DNA of 64,000 nucleotides from Macrostomum lignano (lineage: Eukaryota). Shown in pieces: positions 1-11,322 of the stretch (positions are counted from its first letter, which is position 1; the number at the start of each line of letters is the position of its first letter). Under the pieces are notes generated by a model that made no database searches, was not told the DNA's origin, and saw only the letters and a program-made list of their open reading frames with translations. The DNA lies in assembly GCA_002269645.1 (NCBI GenBank), contig NIVC01003094.1, positions 1-64,000 on the forward strand. Direction: 5' to 3'. The position numbers and the translations under genes are program-made.

Positions 1-297
1 AAGGCCGATTTCAACAGCTTGCGCCGCTGACGTGAGAAGATAAAGAAGATTTATTATAATCAGACAATGATCACCTTTGAAACCGGTGGCCCAGCGCCGC
101 CTTGACCGCCTCCGACACCAGCTGCCGCTGTCTGCCTTTGCCAGCCCGGACTGGCCAGGTCTCCCAGCCTCCTCCAGGGGAATCCTCGCGCCGCCGCCCG
201 CCGACATCCGTGAGGGTCGCCCAGCCGCCTCGGCCGAGAGCAGCGCCAGGGTCAGCAGCAGCAGGAGACTGGCTTTGCCTCGCATCTCTATTCTCAT
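1..297 (-). CDS. First exon(s) of an unknown secreted or membrane protein running off the left edge
   Basis: ATG at 297 (in-frame ATG at 285) gives MRIEMRGKASLLLLLTLALLSAEAAGRPSR, a signal-peptide-like hydrophobic stretch. No stop before the window edge. Plausible short intron ~75-29 (GTGATC...TCAG). Confidence 0.45.
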   Translation of the reverse strand, partial: MRIEMRGKASLLLLLTLALLSAEAAGRPSRMSAGGGARIPLEEAGRPGQSGLAKADSGSWCRRRSRRRWATGFKGDHCLIIINLLYLLTSAAQAVEIGL

Positions 298-995
298 CGC
301 TGCGGTGCAGAGTCCGGTCTATTAACTACTTGGGAAAGTCTGAAGATAATTGTTGGGTGTCTATGTGAGCTTTGGAGACCGTAGCTTAGTCAGTTGGGGG
401 GGGGGTTTCGCTTATTGCTGAGCATAATTTCCGCTTACCTTGTGTCCAGGTGACAAGAACCTCTTGAGCCTGCTTGGGTGAAGTCTATTAATAGCTGACC
501 TGAAGCAACGACGCCCGTCGAAGCGGTTCGTTTCCCTGCTTATAGCCAACTATTTATAAAGTAGCGGAACTCCCTGGTTGAGTGGAGTCTGAGCCAATCA
601 GATGCTGAGGCTGCATGGGAGTTAGCGTTTTTATTATTACGATCCAATCCATTAAATTGCTACATCATGGGCATCACGGACGCACTGCAACGAGTCAAAG
701 CCAGCAGAGGACCTGGAGTTCCTGAACTCGTTTGTAGGCGTTGTCGCATTAATTTTAGGTGGAACTCCCAGAGACTAAGAAGTAATTGAGTTTCTGAGGT
801 GAGGCAATGAACGAAGTGCTCTGTCTGCGTATTAGAGGTCTCTGTCTGTCTGTGTGCTTGGGCGTTGTAAGGACTTCTCTCAATGAATAGGATTAAAATG
901 ATTACATCCATGAACCAAGCACAGTGAAAATTTTTAATGATAAAAGCATTAAAATTTCCTCAAAATTTGCTAATGCGTTTTAGGTAAAAAAATCG

Positions 996-1191
<196 letters not shown>

Positions 1192-1506
1192 GATTTTCTG
1201 TTCGCGAAGTACGTAACGGCGATCTGGTTGAAGACAGCTACATTGTAGGCCAACCCCCATTACGCGACTATTATTTTTAGCAAGACTCCTTTAGCAGCGG
1301 TTCGCTATTATACTGCCAACAGTGCTCACTGCTCAGCATTCAATTATACTCTATGGGATTGATATTACTGCAAATGTCCGTGAGACTTTACTAATGGTAG
1401 TAGCATTCCCAGCAACTGCCTAAACGGAGTCCTGCATCTACTCGTGACTTTTGTTTGAGCTGCTTATAGCTGCTCTTGTAACGCCTGTTTCTCCTGTAAC
1501 AGCCTC

Positions 1507-1712
1507 CCGTCACTTCTCAGTCTGTCACATCATTCCGTCACTTCTCATGCTGTCACATCATTCCGTCACTTCTCAGTCTGTCACATCATTCCGTCACTTC
1601 TCAGGCTGTCACATCATTCCGTCACTTCTCAGTCTGTCACATTATTCCGTCACTTCTCAGTCTGTCACATCATTCCGTCACTTCTCAGTCTGTCACATCA
1701 TTCCTTCACTTC
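1507..1712. repeat. 28-bp minisatellite CCGTCACTTCTCAGTCTGTCACATCATT, ~7 copies
   Basis: Direct reading. Confidence 0.9.
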
Positions 1713-1987
1713 TAGTCACTTTGTTAAAATTACTCTTAAGTATTTTTGGAATAAAAAAGCGCAACTGAAAACTTATCAAGTTATTTGCCAGCTTAAATAG
1801 TTATAGAGATAGAGAGCGTCTGCTAAATAGATTTAAGATAAAGAGATGGCGCACAAAATAAGAGCTGTGACAATTCCAATGATCAACTGATCGTGCCCTA
1901 AAATTAAGTCATATTAATTATTTTTTCTCTGCTAGCTGCATGTCAAGCGCAGTCAAATCCATCACTAGCTGGTCCCTGACTCGCCGG

Positions 1988-4847
1988 CTAATACGTTGGA
2001 CACCAGCTAGAAGCGTTCTTGACCGCGGTGACAAAAATCAGCAGCAAGACGGCCACAGAGCAGCTGACGGAGCAGATTATCAGCAGGCGGTCAATCGCTG
2101 AGCCAATCTGCTGCCACTCGGATCCCGGACTGGTTTTGATTGTTGTCATGGAAACCGACTCGAGCGATTGGGCTTGGTTGCTCTCCTTGCAGTTCTCAAC
2201 GCTTTGCTGCAAAAATTGTGCGACAGTTGCTAACTGCATCCGAGTGAGTTATTAAAGACTCAGAACTTTATGCTCACCACAGTGTTCTTCCAGCCGCACA
2301 GGCGGTTGAGGAACAGCAGCCTCAGCACTGGGCTGCTCACAGCCTCCCGCGATGCAGCTCTCCTGTAGCACAGGTGCACAACTATGCTGCCGATTGTGCT
2401 CAGAGCGGTCACAGCCATGGCCACCGTGAAGTACCAGGCTGGGGATGGGCAGAGACAGACTTGGCTCAGTGTAGCTGCATAGCACAGCACAGCACAGCAC
2501 AGCACAGCACAATACAGCACAGCACAGCACAGCACAGCACAGCACAATACAGCACAGTACAGCACAGCACAGCACAGCACAGCACAGCACAGCACAACAC
2601 AGCACAGCACAGCACAGCACAGCACAGCACAGCACAGCACAGCACACATCAATAGCCATACACTCTGACTCACTGAGCACTGGAACAGACTCGCTCTGAG
2701 CAGGGGTGATGCTGCCCGCCAGCTGCAGGAACACACTCATTGACAGCAGGATGGCCACATTCAGTGCCAGTCGGTCGCCCGAGTCCGCTGGCAGGAGAAA
2801 GCCGAAGATGCAGGTGGCGAGGATGAGGGCGCTGGGGATGATGAGCACGATGACGTAGTAGAGGGGCCGCCTCTGCAAAGGGATGGGGAGCGGGAGACTG
2901 AGCGGGCACTTAATGCCGAGCCTCGGGGACCTTTATATACGAGTATCTAGTTTCTATCTCACCTTGAAGCTGACAGTGATATTCACTATGTCGTGTTGTC
3001 CCATCTTACTATTCCAGGATGTATTGACATTGGTGACGCAGAATTCATTATTTTGGCTAGCAGTCACGACAATCTGCTGGTCATTGGGTCTTGGTAAAGC
3101 CTTCAGCCTGATGTATTTACTACCCTTCGCTACCGAGGACAGGTAGATTGAGCAGTGCTGGGAGTCGAACGGGAAATCGTTCAGCTTCATCTTGCACTTG
3201 TTGGTTGTGCCGTAGGACAGCAGTGCCGTGACCTGGCCATTCGCGAGCACCTTCGCTAGCAGCCTGTTCTTCTCGAAGCTGCGAATGTCGATGCTATGAG
3301 AGAGGTTGAGTAGCTTTTAAGTGAGTTGGTGTCAAAAGTGCAATAATCATCGTATACTTTTTTATAAGCTTTAGTGAATCATATTTGAGTTAGTAGCCAG
3401 CCAAAGATCATGAAAGATACATCGCTTCATATCTTTTTACTTATCATTATAAGTAAAGTACCAGTCAGAGGTTTGAATTATAAGCCGCAAAAACACCAAA
3501 TATTTCTAATACTGAATACCACGGACAACTAAAGCAACGTACAGGACGCGACACTGTACGAGCTAAATCTATACAAAATGTTTTGAAGGCCACTGTTCGC
3601 CGAGAAATACACTATGTAGATAGAAAGTTTTCATTTTTTCAGCTCAAAAATTGTTATTGCTTTCAATAGGAGGCAGACCCAATGCTCATCTTTGAGTTGT
3701 CCTTGGCTTACTGTGTAACAATATGTGTAACAGAAATGATAAAATAGATGCATACGAGCTAAAACTAAAGATTCGAGCCGTGCCATGCATTTTAATGATT
3801 TTTTAGGTACAGGAAATGTACGTAGAATATGAAATTAACATAGAATCCCAATTTTCCGAACAAAGAGCTTTACGAATATCAATAGAGATCTTATCCAAAG
3901 ATGAGCATTGCGTCTGCCTCCTATCGAAAGCAATAACAATTTTTATGCTGAAAAAAGAGAACTTCCTATCTCCGTAGTTCTACCATGTCCTTCTACTTTA
4001 GTAGTCCTTGCTGAATACTACTTTCGATTGTTGGCAATTCAGTAGTATCGACTAATTTTGAATCAATTTTTATCAGGAGCGAATCTGGTGATTGGCCAGT
4101 TGTGCCGTCTGAACGGATTTTGCAATGGTTCGCTCCTTCATCCAACGTGGAGCTGTGGGATTTCGAGGAGTTTGAGACGCGATCCCGGACGAGAAGAGAA
4201 GATAAGAGCAACTTTTGCACTTGAGCTATGGAGCTAATAAACTGAAATCTGATGTCGCACTCACGGCCTCATCACAATGACATCCGGCACCCAAATCATG
4301 TCGAGTGGCAGGAAGATTTCGTCAGTTGTCAGCAGCTCAGCATTGCCCGACCTGTCCCAGGCCAGTCTCCTGTCAGTCCATTGCTTGGGGGCGGAAGAGT
4401 TACAAAGGTTTTTTTCAGCATGAATGTAACATCAATATTTCTAATAACTCATCAAGCTTACCAGCATTATGTAGCTGTCAAGAGAAAACAACTGCTTCAC
4501 ATCATTCTGGAACAGCACAAGATGGAGCATCGTTATCGGACAGGGGTTAATTGAATTAGCGCTAGCGCTACATCACTATTTTTGGACATCTATGGTATTT
4601 ACTGGTGCCAACTCACCACTTCAAGCAGCTCGTTGACAAGGCAGTCCACAGTAACCAAGGTAGCGGTGCCATTGTCCTGCGGCGGAGCCGCCTCCTTGCA
4701 GTACCTGGCGGTCAGGTTCAGCCATCGGATCACCTGCTCCTCTCCAGATGCCGCTTCTTCTGTTTGAGAATGCACTCCTGATGACAGCAAGACGAGCACT
4801 GCTACGCAGAGTCTGCAGCAGAGGTCTGAGTATTGTTGAGTCCGCAT
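1988..4847 (-). CDS. Cys-loop ligand-gated ion channel, nAChR-like non-alpha, paralogue A (7 exons)
   Basis: Exons 4847-4617, 4506-4462 (45 nt), 4383-4265 (QWTDRRLAW..IWVPD), 3293-2963 (Cys-loop CKMKLNDFPFDSQHC), 2872-2674 (M1-M2), 2438-2278 (M3), 2233-1988 (M4 EWQQIGSAIDRLL). All GT-AG with consistent phases and no frameshift. Confidence 0.93.
2480..2647. repeat. (CAGCA)n in intron 5 of paralogue A
   Basis: Direct reading; the same repeat occupies the same intron in B, C and D. Confidence 0.97.
3611..3978. repeat. ~84-bp inverted repeat pair (3611-3694 / 3896-3978) in intron 3 of paralogue A; dispersed repeat family
   Basis: Arms match as reverse complements with few mismatches. Related sequence occurs at ~39935-40000 and ~61360-61450. 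Confidence 0.7.
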
Positions 4848-6513
4848 CGATCTATTCGGGTAGGAGCGCAGGCTCACACAGCAGTATTTGCCAAGTATCA
4901 CAGCGCCAGACTGCTAGCAGTTCACCAAACTAAGTAAGCAGAGCATGAACTGATGTAGACAAGCCTCTTATATATACATACTAGAGCAAATGCAGCCTTT
5001 TGCTATAACCAATAAGCTGATTGCGATTGCTGAGCTGAGTGAATGCGACGCTGATAAAGCAGTTGGTGGCATATTGGCCTGCCGTTTCCCCGACTCACTT
5101 TGCTCAGCGACTGCAAGGCTTTAATTAACAGTCACGACAGTTAAACCAAGCACTGAGCAGAGCACACAAAGGGCCGGGTTAGCATGGTGCTCAAATATTG
5201 AATTAGTAGAAGCTATCGCTGGGAAGCTTCAGAGTTGAATTTGTTTAAGCTGTGAGCAAGCGAAGTGACCATGGCAACATTTTTCGAGAAAGTGAACTTT
5301 CCGGTGCCCTTGCAGTTCACTGCCTAACGGATGAGAAAGTCAGGGCCGCTGTACACCCAGTGTGAGCGAGTGCGTAATCCGTATATGTACTTGGCAGCGT
5401 CCAAGGTACTCAACTTGAAGCAGACTAGAGTGAGTTCAGCTGCGCGCCACTTCAATTCGGCGACTCAAACTTTAATTAATGAGAGTCCGTGCAGCTTATA
5501 AACTTTCGTGCTGTCGTCCGTCAGACACATGGGTTTGATTCCGAGAAGAACAGTTAGTTTTCTGAGTTGCTTCAACTATTGGATATTGTTCAGAGTTGCC
5601 TAATTAGATTCTATTGACTCGGCTCTCTTCGTCACTGATGCACCGAATCAATTTGCTTAAGTGCTACTCAATTGTTTGCTTCCAGCCACCTAGCCAGTGC
5701 CCCGGCCGTATTGTCATGCAATTGTCCAATTTGTCAACTCTAGCTGTTCATCAAATATTATCCGTAAGAGTGCGTGACGCTTACGGTGTGGTTTGTGACC
5801 GGTCGGATGTTCTTTCTCTCCGGCCTCCGTCGCGCCCCGTCTCCGTCTCTCTGGCGCACCCACCTCCCCCCGATCTGGCTTTAAGGCCTTCTTCTCGCGT
5901 TGATTTGCCTCCCCTTTGTCTGTTTGCAGGGACTGCTAAAAATAGCATTACTGTGGTGCCAGCTCTAGAAGTCCCTGGCGATCCCTTGTAGGTGTTCGCG
6001 TCTGGCTTCTTTCGTGCTCTGACTGTGGAGTTAATGAAACCATTTATACTTCCGACTCAGTACCATCTTCATTTTAAAAAGCTCCCTTCTCAAACTCACT
6101 GCACTTACATGTAATAGACACACGGAAAGCTAAACCTTGACAATATCAGTATCGTAAAATCTAATCGAATGAAGAATTCTGAAGCTAATGTTTTTCACTA
6201 ATATAGGTACAAGTAAAACCCACGATGCCCTCAACTCCGGAGGTAACTACATCAGTCCGAAAGATTCAGTCTTCAGTTGCCTTGAAACAAGTGCAATGCG
6301 TCAAAATGATTATTATAGTTTAACAAGATAAAATATAGTTGTAATATATATCTGCTGCGGCAGTTTGGTTAACTGACCTATTGGTTCAATAATTAGCTGC
6401 TAGTGTTGGCTGCTGGAGTATTGCACGGTACACAGCTGATGTATTAGTTTATTAAGGAGTTAGTTTAGTAGTCCTTAAACTCGAATTGATGAGCTCGGTC
6501 ATCAGCACCCCGC

Positions 6514-9028
6514 CTAGTTGCTCTTGTTAGCGGTGGCGCCCAGCAACACGGTGACGGCCACGGAGAGGCTCACAACGCAGACCAGCATCAGTCTGTCCAG
6601 CACGCAGCTCACATGCAGCCACTCGTCTCCAGGATCGCGGCAGCCGTCCTGGACGCTGGCGAGGCTGCTGCTGGATGATGAGGCGGCCGCGGCCTTCGAT
6701 GTGGCGCTGCTGACTCGGTAATTCTGGCGAAAAATGAGAGCAATTTAAAGATTCGACAAGCTGTCAGCAGATAAAGTAAGACCAACGTCGGAAAATCTAA
6801 GTACATATGAGAGAGCACGCACCGACCAGCCGCACAGGCGGTTGAGGAACAGCAGCCTCAGCGCCGGGTTGCTCACAGCCTCCCGCGATGCAGCTCTCCT
6901 GTAGCACAGGTGCACAACTATGCTGCCGATTGTGCTCAGAGCGGTCACAGCCATGGCCACCGTGAAGTACCAGGCTATGGATGGGCAGAGACAGACTTGA
7001 CTCAGTGTAGCTGCACAGCACAGCACAGCACAGCACAGCACAGCACAGCACAGCACAGCACAGCACAGCACAGCACAGCACAATACAGCACAGCACAGCA
7101 CAGCACAGCACAGCACAGCACAGCACAGCACAGTACAGCACAGCACAATACAGCACAGTACAGCACAGCACAGCACAGCACAGCACAGCACAGCACAGTA
7201 CAGCACAGCACAGCACAGCACAGCACAGCACAGCACAGCACACATCAATAGCCATACACTTGGACTCACTGAGCACTGGAACAGACTCGCTCTGAGCAGG
7301 AGTGATGCTGCCCGCCAGCTGCAGGAACACACTCATTGACAGCAGGATGGCCACATTCAGTGCCAGTCGGTCGCCCGAGTCCGCTGGCAGGAGAAAGCCG
7401 AAGATGCAGGTGGCGAGGATGAGGGCGCTGGGGATGATGAGCACGATGACGTAGTAGAGGGGCCGCCTCTGCAATGGGATGGGGAGCGGGAGGCTGAGCG
7501 GGTAGTCAGAACAGAGACTGCTGTGCAATGAGTGAGTACCCAGCACCTCTCAAACATGCGGTATTTTACCTCAAATTCAACTGTAACCAAAAGCTTCTTG
7601 AATTGGGGAAATTGGGTGCTGAAGTCAATAATGACTGAGCGCACGCTAGTAACACAGTACTCATTGTTCTGCAGGTTTATCTCGCTGTAGTTGATAGGCA
7701 GCCCACTTTTTATCTCAAGCTGCAAAAGCGTCTGCTTCTTCGCCGCTGACGAGAAAGAAAACTGGCAAACTTGCGTGTCAAATGGAAAGTCGCGCATCTT
7801 CAGCGGGCACTTGATGGTTATGCCGAGCGGCGTTTCCAGTTTCATCCTACCGTTCGAGCTCACGTCAACCAAGAATTTGTTGGTTTCAAAGCTTTTGACG
7901 TCAACCCTGTCAAAATATTTACGAGAGTATTTGATAAAAGACTGGACTGTCTATGGCCGAGTGCAGTTCTGTGGCATTGGCTTTGGTTGGCTTTATTGTC
8001 TATGGCCGAGTGCAGCTCTGTGGCAGTGGCTTTGGTTGGCTTTATTGTCTATGGCCGAGTGCAGCTCTGTGGCAGTGGCTTTGGTTGGCTTTATTGTCTA
8101 TGGCCGAGTGCAGCTCTGTGGCAGTGGCTTTGATAGGCTTTATTGTCTATGGCCGAGTGCAGTTCTGTGGCAGTGGCTTTGGTTGGCTTTATTGTCTATG
8201 GCCGAGTGCAGCTCTGTGGCAGTGGCTTTGGTTGGCTTTATTGTCTATGGCCGAGTGCAGCTCTGTGGCAGTGGCTTTGATAGGCTTTTTTGATAGGCTG
8301 CAGCGAAAGGGGACTCTCCACCTGATCGGCTTTATTATCAACCAATATAAAAATCAATGCCATATTAAATTGGCAAACAGAACTCACGGATGGCTCAGAC
8401 TCAAGTCCGGAAGCCACACATAGTCTGTTGGTAGAAAGATCTTCTCAAACTTGGCCAGTTTGGGATCGTCGGTCTCGTTCCAGGCGAGTCGCGAATCTGT
8501 CCAAAACTGAAAATTCAGAGTTGTTCGAGGGCGGCCGAGGCAGGTGTTGCGGTAGATGTGCAGCTGCTACTCATTCAGGTAACTTAAAGGTGGATTATCT
8601 AGGAGTCAAACTCACCATCATTATCCAGAGATCCAAGGACACTAGCTGATTCACAACATCCTACAAAGCGTTTTTTCAGACTGATTTAACTGCTTTTAAA
8701 CCGATTACAGTGGCTATCGCATTTTTGAGTAAAAGTTTGAGCAAAAACCTGTAAGTTTGGGGAGTTAAAATACGATATACAATACTGCACCCTCAGCGGC
8801 ACTCACCACGCTGCTGATTCTGATGAGTTTAGTTCTAAACTTGATTACATTGGCCGTGCCGTTGTCTGGCGGAGGTGCCGCCACCTTGTAGTAGCCGGAG
8901 GTGATGTTCAGCAGCCGGATGATCCTCTCTTCGGTTGACATCCTGGAAGGCTCCTTCGCCGAGCAGACGGCGGCCTCGTGGGCTAGCAACGTCAATGTCA
9001 ACGCCAGAATAATCCCCTGTCTCAGCAT
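6514..9028 (-). CDS. Cys-loop ligand-gated ion channel, nAChR-like non-alpha, paralogue B (7 exons)
   Basis: Exons 9028-8807 (signal peptide), 8660-8616, 8506-8388 (FWTDSRLAW..VWLPD), 7906-7570 (CPLKMRDFPFDTQVC), 7468-7270, 6974-6823, 6723-6514 (EWLHVSCVLDRLML). AATAAA on the minus strand at ~6448-6453. Confidence 0.92.
7012..7243. repeat. (CAGCA)n in intron 5 of paralogue B
   Basis: Direct reading. Confidence 0.97.
7947..8292. repeat. 49-bp minisatellite, ~7 copies, intron 3 of paralogue B
   Basis: Unit CTTTGGTTGGCTTTATTGTCTATGGCCGAGTGCAGCTCTGTGGCAGTGG. Confidence 0.92.
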
Positions 9029-9510
9029 TGCTCGCTGGCTGAATTCAGCTGTGCTAATCCGGCTATCGACACCGAATCCCCCGATGGTTTTATTCGTTTA
9101 ATATTTCCCACAGGGGAGAACCACTTTGGGAAATTGCTGAATTAGATTCTGACAACTCCCCGCTCTCTAATTGACTAGAATGCAGCTGGGATAGCATCCC
9201 GTAAATAGGTTATCGTCTAAGTCAATTTGATGGACTGGCAAGCATTGTTTGCTTTCAGCATTATCCTCTGCCTTTTTAGCCACCAATCACTCCCAATTTA
9301 CTCGTCGTAATGCAAATTTGCGAATTTGCGTTGACCAGAAAATGGCTGCTGAGCAAACTTTTTGCTACAATAGACACTAAGTCCATTAAAGGCTCGTTAA
9401 TCAAAGGTCCATTATTGGTACTGATAAAAATTGGAGGTTGCGACAGACACGGAATGGGCGGAGACAGGCTTGGCTCAGTGTAGCTTTTTTGTTACCAATG
9501 CGTTTTTTTT

Positions 9511-10613
9511 GGTTAAAAAGCACATTGGTAACAGAACGGGAGGTTAAAAAGCACATTGGTAACAGAACGGGAGGTTGAAACAGACACATTGGTAACATAA
9601 CGGGAGGTTAAAAAACACATTGGTAACAGAACGGGAGGTTAAAAAACACATTGGTAACATAACGGGAGGTTAAAAAGCACATTGGTAACAGAACGGGAGG
9701 TTGAAACAGACACATTGGTAACAGAACGGGAGGTTAAAACAGACACATTGGTAACAGAACGGGAGGTTAAAACAGACACATTGGTAACAGAACGGGAGGT
9801 TAAAAAACACATTGGTAACATAACGGGAGGTTAAAACAGACACATTGGTAACAGAACGGGAGGTTAAAACAGACACATTGGTAACAGAACGGGAGGTTAA
9901 AAAACACATTGGTAACAGAACGGGAGGTTAAAACAGACACATTGGTAACAGAACGGGAGGTTGAAACAGACACATTGGTAACAGAACGGGAGGTTGAAAC
10001 AGACACATTGGTAACAGAACGGGAGGTTAAAACAGACACATTGGTAACAGAACGGGAGGTTAAAACAGACACATTGGTAACAGAACGGGAGGTTAAAACA
10101 GACACATTGGTAACAGAACGGGAGGTTGAAACAGACACATTGGTAACAGAACGGGAGGTTAAAAAACACATTGGTAACATAACGGGAGGTTAAAACAGAC
10201 ACATTGGTAACAGAACGGGAGGTTGAAACAGACACATTGGTAACAGAACGGGAGGTTGAAACAGACACATTGGTAACAGAACGGGAGGTTGAAACAGACA
10301 CATTGGTAACAGAACGGGAGGTTGAAACAGACACATTGGTAACAGAACGGGAGGTTGAAACAGACACATTGGTAACATAACGGGAGGTTAAAACAGACAC
10401 ATTGGTAACATAACGGGAGGTTAAAACAGACACATTGGTAACAGAACGGGAGGTTAAAAAGCACATTGGTAACAGAACGGGAGGTTAAAAAGCACATTGG
10501 TAACAGAACGGGAGGTTAAAAAGCACATTGGTAACGGAACGGGAGGTTAAAAAGCACATTGGTAACAGACCGGGAGGTTAAAACAGACACATTGGTAACA
10601 GAACGGGAGGTTG
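9511..10613. repeat. 33-bp minisatellite (with shorter variants), ~34 copies
   Basis: Unit AAAACAGACACATTGGTAACAGAACGGGAGGTT. Confidence 0.95.
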
Positions 10614-10764
10614 AGCTTGGGACACCTACACCTACACAGGGGACACCTTGGGACAGCTGCGAAGGGACACAATATTCTTACTATACAAGTGAGTCGATAA
10701 ATTATTGTTTAAATTACGACTCGAATGACAGCTGCTCTCACAATATTTGAATTAATAAATAGCT

Positions 10765-11240
10765 ATTGACTCATTGGTACACAGCCATTGGCTCATTGGT
10801 ACACAGACAAAAGTTCTTTGGTACCCAGCCATTGGCTCATTGGTACACAGACAAATAGTTCTTTGGTACACAGTCATTGGCTCATTGGTATACAGACAAA
10901 AGTTCTTTGGTACACAGTGATTGGCTCATTGGTACACAGACAAATAGTTCTTTGGTACACAGCCATTGGCTCATTGGTACACAGACAAAAGTTCTTTGGT
11001 ACACAGTAATTGGCTCATTGGTACACAGCCATTGGCTCATTTGTACACAGCCATTGGCTCATTTGTACACAGCCATTGGCTCATTGGTACACAGTTATTG
11101 GCTCATTGGTACACAGTTATTGGCTCATTGGTACACAGACAAATAGTTCTTTGGTACACAGCCATTGGCTCATTGGTACACAGTTATTGGCTCATTGGCA
11201 CACAGTTATTAGCTCATCGGTACACAGTTATTGGCTCGTT
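10765..11240. repeat. 21/41-bp minisatellite ATTGGCTCATTGGTACACAG(CC/TT)
   Basis: Direct reading. Confidence 0.9.
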
Positions 11241-11322
11241 TAAAAACAGTTATAATTTTATGATGCCATTCAGATGATTTTACTAGTGTGTCACGGTTAG
11301 TAAGAGGTCGGTGTCAAATCCA

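Noticed and set aside
660-911. 83-aa minus ORF as a fifth channel C-terminus
   Set aside because: No M4 W...DR motif, no hydrophobic helix and no matching splice structure.
2674-2872. Anion-selective (ACC/GluCl-type) pore
   Set aside because: The M1-M2 linker is ADSGDR with no PAR/-2' Pro motif; it resembles cation-type GEK/GER.
5614-5991. 125-aa ORF between paralogues A and B
   Set aside because: Non-ATG start, no recognisable domain or splice signals; likely a repeat fragment.
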